Part shown: piece by piece, positions 17,982-27,414 of the stretch | Position numbering within the stretch: position 1 is the first letter of the stretch | Layout: the number at the start of each line of letters is the position of its first letter | IMG/VR virus record: IMGVR_UViG_3300032305_002766 | Coordinates: 15,366 to 79,365 of that record | Direction: 5' to 3' (one strand) | Length of the DNA: 64,000 nucleotides | From: a virus | Lineage: Duplodnaviria > Caudoviricetes | Notes under the pieces: model-generated | What the model was told of the DNA's origin: nothing | Databases searched by the model: none | The model's input: the letters and a program-made list of their open reading frames with translations, nothing else | Translations under genes and position numbers: made by a program

Positions 17982-19295
17982 TTATTTTAATAAATCTTCA
18001 GCAACATAAATTGCTTGAGCTCCGGATACTGTAATACCACGTGCACTTAAAGCATCACCTACGAAATGTACGTTAGGATAATCGATTAGACTAAGGTTAC
18101 TATAATCTACTTTTACCTCAGGTGATAGATATTTTACTTCAGGAATATACATTCCCCAATCATCACCCAATGTTGGGAATACTTTCTTCATATCCTCGAT
18201 AAAATCTTCTATGTATTGAAAATATCCTCTAAAAGCTTCTCTTACCTCAAATAATAAATCAGAATCAACCATATGATATGATGATACTAAAGTTCCTTCA
18301 GATGTAGTAGATGGTTTACGTGAAGGGGAGTAATATAATCCTGTATTATGGAGTTGACATTTATTGACAACTTCTCTTGACCATTCAAATGGATCTTCAA
18401 TACCATTAATTTCCATTAAAATACCAAAGTTAGTCATATTGTTTCTATATGCTTCATCTTTTTTAGCGTGCCCATTGTAACTGTGATCTCCATATGTTTC
18501 CTCTACAGCAACATATGCTGCATTATTGTTTGTACAGAACGAACGTAATGAAACACCTTTATCTTCAAACTTTTTATATAACTTAAAGTCATATGAAATA
18601 TCGATTAATTTTTGGAAGTGTTCTTGTGGTGCTTCAAATCTAACACCAATTTGTACTGATTTAGGTTCATCTGGAAGTTTATATGATTGGGCTAATTGTT
18701 GGGCAAAGTCAATACCTGATTTACCTACAGCAAAGATAAGTTCATTATAATCTAATTGGAATCCTAATTCACTATTTAAAATATCACACGATATATGATT
18801 ATTTTTAAAGTTAATAGATGTTACTTTAGTTTCCCATCTAAAGTTTACACCTTTAGATACTAAATAATCATACCAGTTTTTAGCAATTTCAGATAAATAA
18901 TCTGTACCTACGTGCCATACTGGGAATAATCGTAAACCGAAATATGGTTTAATAAATTCAGGTTCCTCAACAGGATTTGAACATTGTACTTCTTCAGGTT
19001 TAGGGTGAAAACGTTTAAAGTTGGTAATGACTTGATCCATCAATTCCATTGCTTTATCCTCACCTGTGTATTTAGATAATTGACCTCCAATTGCTGTGTG
19101 GTAAGTCAATTTCCCATCAGACCAACCTCCAGCACCAAGAAAACCTATCATTACCTCTTCAGGTAAACGTTGGTATGGATCTTTACCCATATCAATTATT
19201 GTGATGAATTCTCCAGGGTATCCATTATCCACTAATTTTGTTGCAGCATTAACACCGGCAACACCCGCTCCTACAATTACAATTTTTTTATCCAT
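17982..19295 (-). CDS. FAD-dependent oxidoreductase (uncharacterized dehydrogenase type)
   Basis: Rossmann IVIVGAGVAG, GFLGAGGWSDGKL, IFAVGKSG, RSFCTN, PEVKY and FVGDALSARGI motifs. Confidence 0.85.
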   Translation of the reverse strand: MDKKIVIVGAGVAGVNAATKLVDNGYPGEFITIIDMGKDPYQRLPEEVMIGFLGAGGWSDGKLTYHTAIGGQLSKYTGEDKAMELMDQVITNFKRFHPKPEEVQCSNPVEEPEFIKPYFGLRLFPVWHVGTDYLSEIAKNWYDYLVSKGVNFRWETKVTSINFKNNHISCDILNSELGFQLDYNELIFAVGKSGIDFAQQLAQSYKLPDEPKSVQIGVRFEAPQEHFQKLIDISYDFKLYKKFEDKGVSLRSFCTNNNAAYVAVEETYGDHSYNGHAKKDEAYRNNMTNFGILMEINGIEDPFEWSREVVNKCQLHNTGLYYSPSRKPSTTSEGTLVSSYHMVDSDLLFEVREAFRGYFQYIEDFIEDMKKVFPTLGDDWGMYIPEVKYLSPEVKVDYSNLSLIDYPNVHFVGDALSARGITVSGAQAIYVAEDLLK

Positions 19296-19322
19296 ATTTA
19301 TATTTTAACGTTTAAATATACG

Positions 19323-19360
19323 AAAAAAAAGCTGTGGCTCCAAATTAATGGGCCACAGCT
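19323..19360 (-). terminator. Rho-independent terminator
   Basis: AGCTGTGGC/GCCACAGCT stem followed by a T tract on the minus strand. Confidence 0.7.
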
Positions 19361-19405
19361 CCTAAAATTTTTTAAAAATCGACAGGCTATGAATCTGTCT
19401 GTATG

Positions 19406-19879
19406 TTATAATTTTTTAATATATTGTACTCTATCTCCACGTCCAAAAAGATAATGATCATCAACTAATCCTAACCAAAAGTCATATGAAGTAGTTTTAC
19501 CAGAATTATCTTTAACTCCATTTTCAATAGCTTTATCTAACATATCTTGGGTAAGATTTACTACATATTCATCACCTCCTGAACCATTATCAATAGTAAA
19601 TCCTATTTCATATTTTCCAGGGATTATATCTTCAATGTATGAATTTCTTAAATCTTGATTTTCATTAAGAGATTGGATTTTTTCTTTAGCTTGGGAATAA
19701 TTAAGAGTAACTTTTGTTCCTCTTTTTTTAGAAATTAATTTAATTACATATCCATTATCTGAGAAAACTCGATGTGGTTCTCCCATATACATTACTTCCT
19801 CACCTACTTCAAACATATTTTCAGTTAAAACACGTTTAATTTCTTCTTTAAGAAGAGCTTTAAATTCAGATTTTTTCAC
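19406..19879 (-). CDS. Hypothetical protein with MKKSEFKALLKEE leader (putative head cargo)
   Basis: Leader ends VLTE; an internal SLNE splits two small modules. Confidence 0.6.
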   Translation of the reverse strand: MKKSEFKALLKEEIKRVLTENMFEVGEEVMYMGEPHRVFSDNGYVIKLISKKRGTKVTLNYSQAKEKIQSLNENQDLRNSYIEDIIPGKYEIGFTIDNGSGGDEYVVNLTQDMLDKAIENGVKDNSGKTTSYDFWLGLVDDHYLFGRGDRVQYIKKL

Positions 19880-20142
19880 GATTTATATATTTTTAATCTT
19901 AAGTTTCCTGTTCCTTTAATAACACGATGCCATTCGTGTCTTGGTATAAATATACGTTCTTTTAAGGAGGTAGGCAAATTATTATCTAATTGAAGTTGCC
20001 AATCTGTATCTTCCAAGATTTCAACTATTCTATCCTCATCATCACGATGCCAAAGTAATTCTATTGGATCTATATTTTCGGTAAATTCACGAATAATATA
20101 TTTGTCAGTAACTTCTATGTCGTTGTAGGGTTTACTCATCAT
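19876..20142 (-). CDS. Small cupin-like protein
   Basis: LWHRDDEDR...FIPRHEWHRVIKG cupin-type His motifs; start placed at MMSKPY, overlapping the upstream stop. Confidence 0.6.
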   Translation of the reverse strand: MMSKPYNDIEVTDKYIIREFTENIDPIELLWHRDDEDRIVEILEDTDWQLQLDNNLPTSLKERIFIPRHEWHRVIKGTGNLRLKIYKS

Positions 20143-20791
20143 AGTTAAATTTAGTAGCATTAGCTGCAGTCCATCTATCTTGATTTTCACATATCCATGT
20201 TTTAGTAGAAAATCTAAAATATGGAGTTTTTAAATCCGTTGAAGATGTTTGTGATTGATGCTTCCAAAGTATACGATTATTTGGTTGAGCAGCAAATTGT
20301 CCATTATCTAATTTAATTATATTAAATGATTTATGTTCATTTGGTGTCTCAGCCCATGATATATCTAATTCATTTGGTTCTGAAGAGCAGGAGTCTATTG
20401 TAAAAAGATAATAACCAGGGGCTTTACTTTTATCTTTCATGATGACTTCACATCTTGCATTTCTTAATCTTTGTTTTTTAATAACAGTTATATTATATGA
20501 AAAACAATCCCATAATTGTAACCAATCTAAAGGATATAGTTTATCTTCATTTATATCTGTTTTCCAAACATATGCATGTAAAGGTAATTTATCATATAAA
20601 GCACCATAATCATGAATAAGTGATTCAAAGTATAATGCTTGATTTGGTATTGATTTAGTTGATATCCAATGAGCTGATTCAAATTCTCCTTTTCCAAGAA
20701 ATTTATTATTTTTATCTAACTCAAAGTCATATAAAAATTCTTTTTTTATAAAAACCTCAATTGGGGGGAGATTAGCTACTAAATAACTCAT
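20132..20791 (-). CDS. Hypothetical phage protein
   Basis: 219 aa with aromatic-rich globular composition (LQLWDCFSY, GQFAAQPNNRI). Confidence 0.7.
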   Translation of the reverse strand: MSYLVANLPPIEVFIKKEFLYDFELDKNNKFLGKGEFESAHWISTKSIPNQALYFESLIHDYGALYDKLPLHAYVWKTDINEDKLYPLDWLQLWDCFSYNITVIKKQRLRNARCEVIMKDKSKAPGYYLFTIDSCSSEPNELDISWAETPNEHKSFNIIKLDNGQFAAQPNNRILWKHQSQTSSTDLKTPYFRFSTKTWICENQDRWTAANATKFNYDE

Positions 20792-21108
20792 TTTTTATCT
20801 CTAATTAATAATTCACCTAGTACTTCTAAACGACCCACTTCTCTTTGAAATTCAATTGGTGTCATATTCAAAGATATTTTTTTTAATGTTTTTTCAAATT
20901 CTTTTTTAGATGCTTCTTCATCAAATTTACCTTCAGTAGCTTTTTTATAGTATGGAGCTTTAACTTTAAAATGATGCCAAGTTAAAAGTGCTAAACCGCC
21001 TTTTTCTTCAGCGTTTGCTGCTATTTTAGCCGCACCTTCACCACGTTTTTTAGCAAATTCTTCAAAAGTTTCTTTTGCTTCTTTTAATAGTTCAAGTAAA
21101 TTTATCAT
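20788..21108 (-). CDS. Hypothetical protein with MINLLELLKE leader
   Basis: Start overlaps the upstream TGA (ATGA); LxE leader. Confidence 0.6.
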   Translation of the reverse strand: MINLLELLKEAKETFEEFAKKRGEGAAKIAANAEEKGGLALLTWHHFKVKAPYYKKATEGKFDEEASKKEFEKTLKKISLNMTPIEFQREVGRLEVLGELLIRDKK

Positions 21109-21530
21109 TTTGTTTTTCCCCATTTTTTACCTTTTCCAGGTGTTTTACATTGTGATGCTGTAGGGCGGCATGAAGGATATTTAGCACGTTTTTCGCCTTT
21201 TTGACGACCACAAGATTTATATCCTACTATTTTACCATCTTTTCTAATAGGAGAATTACAATCTACCCAACCTCCTGTTTTACCAGGTGCTCCTTGACGT
21301 TTGAACCATTTACGTAAAGATTCATCTTCTTTTATTATAGTAGAAATGGTTTCTCTTAATTGACTTTCTTTAACGCTTTTCCAAATTTCTCCTTTACGAC
21401 ATCTAACTACAGCTCCTGATTTGTAAGCTGAAGGTTTGTCAAATTTACGATCAGCAATACGTAAACATCTGTCTCGTTTAACCTTCTTTTCTTGAAGGAC
21501 CTCACTAATAATTTTTTTCAATTTATCCAT
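21105..21530 (-). CDS. Basic, Cys-containing two-module protein
   Basis: MDKLKKIISEVLQE leader; modules DRCLRIADRKFDKPSAYKSGAVVRCRKG and ESLRKWFK...WVDC...CGR...YPSCRP. Confidence 0.65.
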   Translation of the reverse strand: MDKLKKIISEVLQEKKVKRDRCLRIADRKFDKPSAYKSGAVVRCRKGEIWKSVKESQLRETISTIIKEDESLRKWFKRQGAPGKTGGWVDCNSPIRKDGKIVGYKSCGRQKGEKRAKYPSCRPTASQCKTPGKGKKWGKTK

Positions 21531-22210
21531 CACCAAAATCCTGAAAATGAAGATTTTAATCCAAGTAATTTAGCATATCTAGGTAATCTACAGCTCCAGT
21601 ATGAAGCTTTAGTTCTATCTGTTTTTTGAGAACATTTATGGCGTTTAGCAAATGCTGCTCTTGCTTTTGGATTATTAATTTTAGCAGACATACCTGCTTG
21701 ACCAAATGATACTTTTTTAATTCGTTTAGTTTTAGGATTACGAACATAAACATAAAACTTTTTAGAACCCCCACGCATTGGTTTTCCAATTGGTGGGTTT
21801 TTCTTTTTAGGTTTTGATTTAGCTTCGTCTAATTCCTCTTCAATTTCTTCAAAAATATAATCTAATGGAACTTTTTTATTTTCATAAATAGCAAATTCAC
21901 CTAAATTAGTTTCAGTTAAAATCTCTAAATCATCACCTGTAAAGTTTAAAATACCTCTAGAGTATAATGATCTTGCTTCTGCCCATAAATTAAAATAACT
22001 TTGGGATCCAGCACGATAAACATGTTCAGTAAGTGGTTTTTTATTATCTAAATGATATTTTAATCCTTCAGATAGTATTTCACGTGGAGCTAAACTTTCA
22101 TTTAAAACAATTGGAGCTTTAGTTTTTCCACATTTGTCTCCACATCCGCAACCACAATCTGTGGTTTTAGATTCTAATACTTCTCTAATTAATTGGTGTA
22201 AGTTTTCCAT
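21530..22210 (-). CDS. Two-module protein with a basic C-terminal domain (DUF6321-like, from memory)
   Basis: MENLHQLIREVLE leader; C-terminal RGGSKKFYVYVRNP...KKVSFG...ARAAFAKRHKC...ASYWSCR. Confidence 0.65.
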   Translation of the reverse strand: MENLHQLIREVLESKTTDCGCGCGDKCGKTKAPIVLNESLAPREILSEGLKYHLDNKKPLTEHVYRAGSQSYFNLWAEARSLYSRGILNFTGDDLEILTETNLGEFAIYENKKVPLDYIFEEIEEELDEAKSKPKKKNPPIGKPMRGGSKKFYVYVRNPKTKRIKKVSFGQAGMSAKINNPKARAAFAKRHKCSQKTDRTKASYWSCRLPRYAKLLGLKSSFSGFW

Positions 22211-22211
22211 A

Positions 22212-23324
22212 TTATCTAAGTACAATTTGGGGATTTGTATTATCCCATTTATATCCTAAAGTAGGTGCTTTAACTACAGTATCAATATACCCTGCATTTA
22301 CTACTTCAGAAAGTTTATCAACATCTATTAATACATAATCACCACTTGATGAATTAAGCATTAAAAAAGAATCTACGTTATTTTTAGAAGCATAAGAAGC
22401 AGCATTTAATTCTAGGATTTTTTTCTTCATATCCTCTAAATTTTGAAAATCTGCAGGACCATTAAAGAATTTACTAGCTAATCCTTGATTAAAATATATT
22501 TGATCAAGAATTTTTTGAATATATGAAATTACTTCTTCGGATTTATACCCGTTTTTAGTTGCTCTTTCATATATATCTTTTAAAGCATAGTTGATATTTC
22601 CATTGCTAGGTTCAGAAAGAAATTCTTCTAATTCTTCTCCATCTAAAAATTTATCTCCTATAATTTCTAAGTAATTAGTAGAACTACCTCTACCACCTTG
22701 TTGACCAAATCTACCACCTGTTCCTTTAACCTCAAGGTTTTTACCATTGAAATTTAAGTCACCACCACCGCTTCTATTATCAACATCTTTAAAAACTAAT
22801 GCTAAAAATACTTCGGCTTTACCGATAGAAGAACCACTTGCATCTAGGCCTGGTTCTATGTTAATAAGATCTTTTACTAGTTGGTCTGAGAGTCCAGTTA
22901 CTTGAGCTAGATTACCTTTATCACTTGCTCCTTCAAGGGATTTAGGTTTTTTAAGGTAATCTATAAGTTCTTTAGTTTCGGTATCTGTTAATTTATCTAA
23001 GATATATTCTAAAGACGATTCTTTTGTTTTAAAACTTTCAGGAGTATATCCTTTTTGATTTAAATATGATTTTAATTCACCTCTAGATCCCGAACCGGAA
23101 ATGCTTTTAAACAGCTTTTTAAGGGTTTCATCGGGGATATCGGATGATTTTATTAAATCGATGAGTTTATTTTTTAAATCTTCTTCTTCGGGGTTTTCAT
23201 CGGCCTCTAATATATTGTTAACCATTTCAAATAACATTTTTTTATCCTCAGGGCTACCCATATCAGGATATCCTTTAGGAAATTTATAAGCTACATTATT
23301 TATGATTCTATCAAAAACGTTCAT
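22212..23324 (-). CDS. Hypothetical protein with a possible PD-(D/E)XK nuclease motif
   Basis: SIGKAE...GGGDLNFNGKNLEVKGTGG; N-terminal segment ends ILE|AD. Confidence 0.5.
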   Translation of the reverse strand: MNVFDRIINNVAYKFPKGYPDMGSPEDKKMLFEMVNNILEADENPEEEDLKNKLIDLIKSSDIPDETLKKLFKSISGSGSRGELKSYLNQKGYTPESFKTKESSLEYILDKLTDTETKELIDYLKKPKSLEGASDKGNLAQVTGLSDQLVKDLINIEPGLDASGSSIGKAEVFLALVFKDVDNRSGGGDLNFNGKNLEVKGTGGRFGQQGGRGSSTNYLEIIGDKFLDGEELEEFLSEPSNGNINYALKDIYERATKNGYKSEEVISYIQKILDQIYFNQGLASKFFNGPADFQNLEDMKKKILELNAASYASKNNVDSFLMLNSSSGDYVLIDVDKLSEVVNAGYIDTVVKAPTLGYKWDNTNPQIVLR

Positions 23325-23803
23325 TATGCTGGGGTTTCTTCTGCTGGTGTTTCTTCTTCCTCTGGTGGGGTTGTTTCCTCACCTGCTGCTGCTTCTTCAC
23401 CTTCAACTTTTGGTTCTTCTTGAATACCATATGCTAATAATCGAGAGATAGCTTCGGCAGCGGATTGTTCTTCACCAAGATTTAATAAATAATATTTTTT
23501 ACCTTCTACTTGTGCAATCCAACTTCGTTCGGTATAAATTAACATAAAATTTTCCATATTGCCTAATACAATACGAAAAGTTGTTGGACGAGGAGCTACC
23601 CATTGTATATCAGTCATGAATACCTCATACTGATTTGTAAGTAGATCAATAATGACTTTTTTAAGTTGTGGAAATTTTCCTAATACAGGAAATTTATCGG
23701 CATCAAGAGATATTTCTTCTCCTTTATCAATATCAACTTGTTTTTCAGCATATGATTGCTTAACAATTGATTTAATTTTATCTCTTAATTCACTTTTATT
23801 CAT
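23324..23803 (-). CDS. Hypothetical protein with MNKSELRDKIK leader and acidic tail
   Basis: 159 aa; leader resembles the MKKSEL family. Confidence 0.65.
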   Translation of the reverse strand: MNKSELRDKIKSIVKQSYAEKQVDIDKGEEISLDADKFPVLGKFPQLKKVIIDLLTNQYEVFMTDIQWVAPRPTTFRIVLGNMENFMLIYTERSWIAQVEGKKYYLLNLGEEQSAAEAISRLLAYGIQEEPKVEGEEAAAGEETTPPEEEETPAEETPA

Positions 23804-23821
23804 TATTCAGACTTTAACTTT

Positions 23822-24658
23822 TTAGCTAATTTTTTCAGCAATTGATCCTGTTTTCTTTTTAGCTTGAGAAAATTTTTCAATACTAGCAATATCCATTATT
23901 CTACCATCTTCATGTTTAAAAAACTTTTCTTTAGTTTTTTTATCTATTTGGATGGGATAATCTTTTCCTTTATAAGTATAAGTATCTGTAGTTACTTCGT
24001 AATTAGTACTTATAGGATTTAGTGAAGATGTTGAGGTAGAAGTTTTAGTAGAAGTAAACCTACCTTTTTCATCTCTTGCAGGAGTTGATTTAGGTGTAGA
24101 TGTAGGTTGAGATGTTGGTTGAGATGTTGGTTGAGATGTTGGTTCTTCTTGGGCAAAAACTTTACCTGCTGCGATTGCTGTGTTGGCTTGGCTAGTTTGA
24201 TTTAATAATCTTTTATAAGCATCAATAGTTTGTTGAATTTCTTTAGGAGCTTTATTTAATGATGTTTGAGGAAATAATTTATTTATATCGTTTACTACAT
24301 CAGCAAGTTCTTTTTCTAAGGTTTTAGCTTTTTGTCCTAATTTAGCCATTCCTGCTTCTAATTTAGGATTTTTTAAATCTTTACCCATAAAAGATCTACC
24401 TATATTCCCTAATCCTGTTCCTACAAAAGCACCAGCACCTTTAGTTTGAGCTTTTAATCTATCTAAAAAACCCTCAGATACTTTATCAACTAATTCTTCT
24501 TCTTTTATATGTTTTTTTAATTTTTTAACATATTTTTCTCTACCTTTTTCTAAACTTTTAGTTAGTTTAGCAGGTTTGTCAGAAGGTTTAGATTGTGGGC
24601 GACCATATTTTTGTAAATTGGTAGCTAAAGCGTACTTTAATCCTTCTTTATCTTCGGC
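23822..24658 (-). CDS. -1-frame continuation of the 24637..25734 gene (includes the 23822..24388 ORF)
   Basis: The frame is open for 90 extra codons upstream of the ATG at 24388 with no ATG/GTG/TTG, reading AEDKEGLKYALATNLQKYGRP...HIKEEELVDKVSEGFLDRLK. It starts right at a 10-A run. Confidence 0.65.
   Translation of the reverse strand, partial: AEDKEGLKYALATNLQKYGRPQSKPSDKPAKLTKSLEKGREKYVKKLKKHIKEEELVDKVSEGFLDRLKAQTKGAGAFVGTGLGNIGRSFMGKDLKNPKLEAGMAKLGQKAKTLEKELADVVNDINKLFPQTSLNKAPKEIQQTIDAYKRLLNQTSQANTAIAAGKVFAQEEPTSQPTSQPTSQPTSTPKSTPARDEKGRFTSTKTSTSTSSLNPISTNYEVTTDTYTYKGKDYPIQIDKKTKEKFFKHEDGRIMDIASIEKFSQAKKKTGSIAEKIS
24099..24144. repeat. 12-bp tandem repeat (~4 copies) encoding QPTS
   Basis: GATGTTGGTTGA units on the plus strand; protein EEPTSQPTSQPTSQPTS. 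Confidence 0.9.
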
Positions 24659-25734
24659 TTTTTTTTTTCTTCCATCATTGATGGTTTACCTGTTATATCA
24701 TCGATAAAAGCATCTACTTTAGGTTCTGCTAATTCAAATTCTAAATAATGTTTAGCACTTGATATCATAGTTTTAGCAGTAGTAATTTTTGATTGCCACC
24801 AAGCTGGGAGATCAATTTCACCACCTCTTTCTTCTAATTCATCCATAATACTATAAAGCATCATAGAATATTTTCCTATTTTATATAGTTCTGATTTGAT
24901 ATGGTGTGGTTCATTATCTTCATGACCTAAGTCGATATCCTCTGTGTACATATCTTTTGGGAATTCAATACCTACAGAATAATTTTGAGGCATAAGATCA
25001 TCAAATTTACCTTCTAATCCTAAAGCTTTTAAAGCATCTTTAATATCTTTGTAAGTATAAGGTTCTTTTAAATTAATTTTAACACCTTGTTTTTGAAGTG
25101 ATCTTACTAAATCTTCGGGAGCTTGAAATTCTCTAATTTCACCTTTTGCTTTTTTAATGATGGATTTTTGCAAAGCATCAGGTAATTTTTTCTGTTTACC
25201 TTTTAATGCTGGGTTATTGTCGTATTCTTTAGAAAATGAAATGGCTTCTTTCATTTTAAGTTTATCGTCAGGAGCATATTGATTGTAAAGTGTTTTAGCA
25301 TCTTCACCGTATCCTAAATCAACCAATTGTTTTACTACACTACCAATTTTTTTATCATATAATGAACCTGCAAGGAATGATCTATTATCATCGGACATAT
25401 AGTAATACCAATCGAATCCTTTTAAAAGAGATTCTAATCTATTCATCAAGGCAGATGCTTGAGATAAGTCTTGCTCATCTTCATATCTATCGGCACCAAC
25501 TTCAACATCCATTTCTTGCATTAGAGATTTTCTAACTAATTCTTTGATACGAGTTTTATGAGTATTTTCTTCCATTTCTACTGCTTTTTTAGCTGCGTTT
25601 ATTGCTTTTCCAATAACAACCCTTTCAGCCTCTTTCCCATAAGTCTTAACAAGCTTACGCTTGTTTTTCTTAATCATGTTCCTTTTAATTTGAGCACTTT
25701 TATTAAGTACTTTAGGGGAAAGTTCGTTTTCCAT
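24637..25734 (-). CDS. Modular hypothetical protein (putative head cargo)
   Basis: 365 aa; modules bounded by LMQE, MKE, IRE, YTE, MMEE; ends in a slippery A run. Confidence 0.7.
   Translation of the reverse strand: MENELSPKVLNKSAQIKRNMIKKNKRKLVKTYGKEAERVVIGKAINAAKKAVEMEENTHKTRIKELVRKSLMQEMDVEVGADRYEDEQDLSQASALMNRLESLLKGFDWYYYMSDDNRSFLAGSLYDKKIGSVVKQLVDLGYGEDAKTLYNQYAPDDKLKMKEAISFSKEYDNNPALKGKQKKLPDALQKSIIKKAKGEIREFQAPEDLVRSLQKQGVKINLKEPYTYKDIKDALKALGLEGKFDDLMPQNYSVGIEFPKDMYTEDIDLGHEDNEPHHIKSELYKIGKYSMMLYSIMDELEERGGEIDLPAWWQSKITTAKTMISSAKHYLEFELAEPKVDAFIDDITGKPSMMEEKKKPKIKKD
24658..24668 (-). promoter_or_regulatory. Slippery site GAA AAA AAA AAG (A-AAA-AAG heptamer), candidate -1 frameshift
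   Basis: Ten consecutive A on the sense strand (T 24659..24668); a -1 slip joins the two open frames. Confidence 0.5.
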
Positions 25735-25904
25735 TATTTTTTATCTTCGGTGATTGATGCTTTTTTATATTCAGCAACCAATTTTTTAATTTCACCTAAT
25801 ACTTTACGAGCACGTCCGTGAGCTGCTTTTGAAGTTCCAGCATGTTCTGCTTTAAATGATTCGTAAAGTGCTTCAATTTTTTCAAAAATTTCTGTTGTAT
25901 TCAT
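25734..25904 (-). CDS. Histone H1-like (Hc1-type) small DNA-binding protein, below the ORF-track cutoff
   Basis: 56 aa MNTTEIFEKIEALYESFKAEHAGTSKAAHGRARKVLGEIKKLVAEYKKASITEDKK; the KAAxxRARK...KxS pattern recalls Bacteroidota Hc1-like proteins; TAATG stop-start overlap. Confidence 0.7.
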   Translation of the reverse strand: MNTTEIFEKIEALYESFKAEHAGTSKAAHGRARKVLGEIKKLVAEYKKASITEDKK

Positions 25905-25923
25905 AATTTTTATTATTTATAGA

Positions 25924-27390
25924 TTATTTATTTAATTTAGTCCACATTGGGAACGTAACTTCTTTAATTTTCATAGAAGATTCTTTTTCATCACCTTCAG
26001 CTAATCCTGGTTTTTCAACTACGTGGGTACGAGTAAAGAATGTAATTGTATTACCAATTTGATCCATTAATTTTTTATCACCTAATTGTTCAGCAGCTGC
26101 TTGAGCTTGTGTCAAAGCATCTTGTACTGATTTTACATTTGGATCAACTTCGGCGGTAGTCATTGTATCTGTTACTTCAACATCTTCTGTACCTTCAGGA
26201 GTTTCAATTTCTGCATCTGCTGTTTCAGTATCAGTTGCTTCAGCGTCTACTTCCTCATCTGCTTCATTTAAATTTCCTAATTTTTTAACAGCTTTTACTA
26301 AAAGATCATATGCTTGTTTAACTTCTTTAGAATCGTATAATTCTGCATGATATTCATCATATAAAAGAAGATCAAGTGCTTTAAGAAATGAAGCAATACG
26401 AGCTGGTTTTGCAGTTTCAAATTCATCTGCTTCGTTCATAAAATCATATAAACTATTTTCTTTTGATGGATTCTCAACATCAAGTTCAACTTCTGCTAAA
26501 ACCATTTCTTTGATTTTAGCTTTTAATTCTGATACTTTCATTTTCTTTTTTTCTATTTCTTCGCCTTTTTTAACACCAGCTCCGTATACATCTTCTTCGC
26601 CTTTGTTTTTAGCTACTTTGTTCTTTTTTCCTTTTGCTACTCGTTGAAATTCAGTGTCACCTTCTTCTAATGTTCTCATATTAGCATATACTTCTTGGGG
26701 TGTAACGGAGGCATTTATAATATTTCCCTCTGAATCGATGAAGTAACTTCCTCCCTCAGTTGAAAGGATTTCATCTCCTTTTATTATATCTAAATCAAAG
26801 GATGATGGTTCAACTGAACCTGGGGTTACGGTAAATTTTATATTTTCTTTGTCCGACATGTAGTCAGCAAATCTTTTAGCTACGTTAGCTGTTTCTTGTG
26901 TATTTAATGTAGGTTTTTCCATTTTTTCTTGTAGATATTCATCATCTCTATCTCCCGTGATATAATCATCATCATCTTCTTCACCAGCATACCATGATTG
27001 ATTAGGATCATTTGGTGCTTCTTCAGTAAAATCATGCATTTTCCAGTTAAAGTTAGGATTAGTAACTAATGCCGGATATAAAATTCCTTTTTTTCCTGAA
27101 AATGCTAAACTGATTCCTTCTGATCTATCTGGGTTAGCCATGCCATTCATTTGGGCTAATAATTCGTAATAATCTTTACCACCAAAATCACCATACCCTT
27201 CATAATTTTTTTCTAACCATTTATTACCTTTGTTGTCAAACATATAAACAGCACGAAGTGTGTTTTCAGGTTCAGAACCAATTTGTTGGTCTGTATCCTG
27301 GGTAAACCATGAAAATTGACCTTCGGTCAATGAGGAATGAAATGTTGCTTTATTTTCTAATATAGCTTTTCTAAGATCGAATTTTTTCAT
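25924..27390 (-). CDS. Modular acidic hypothetical protein (putative processed head cargo)
   Basis: 488 aa; segments separated by ILE, LTE, LQE, LEE, LAE, MNE, LNE, LAE. Confidence 0.7.
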   Translation of the reverse strand: MKKFDLRKAILENKATFHSSLTEGQFSWFTQDTDQQIGSEPENTLRAVYMFDNKGNKWLEKNYEGYGDFGGKDYYELLAQMNGMANPDRSEGISLAFSGKKGILYPALVTNPNFNWKMHDFTEEAPNDPNQSWYAGEEDDDDYITGDRDDEYLQEKMEKPTLNTQETANVAKRFADYMSDKENIKFTVTPGSVEPSSFDLDIIKGDEILSTEGGSYFIDSEGNIINASVTPQEVYANMRTLEEGDTEFQRVAKGKKNKVAKNKGEEDVYGAGVKKGEEIEKKKMKVSELKAKIKEMVLAEVELDVENPSKENSLYDFMNEADEFETAKPARIASFLKALDLLLYDEYHAELYDSKEVKQAYDLLVKAVKKLGNLNEADEEVDAEATDTETADAEIETPEGTEDVEVTDTMTTAEVDPNVKSVQDALTQAQAAAEQLGDKKLMDQIGNTITFFTRTHVVEKPGLAEGDEKESSMKIKEVTFPMWTKLNK

Positions 27391-27404
27391 TTTTGGGTAT
27401 ATGT

Positions 27405-27412
27405 TATAAATA
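27405..27412 (-). promoter_or_regulatory. Conserved upstream motif (sense TATTTATA)
   Basis: Exact copy 14 nt upstream of the start at 27390. Confidence 0.6.
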
Positions 27413-27414
27413 TG

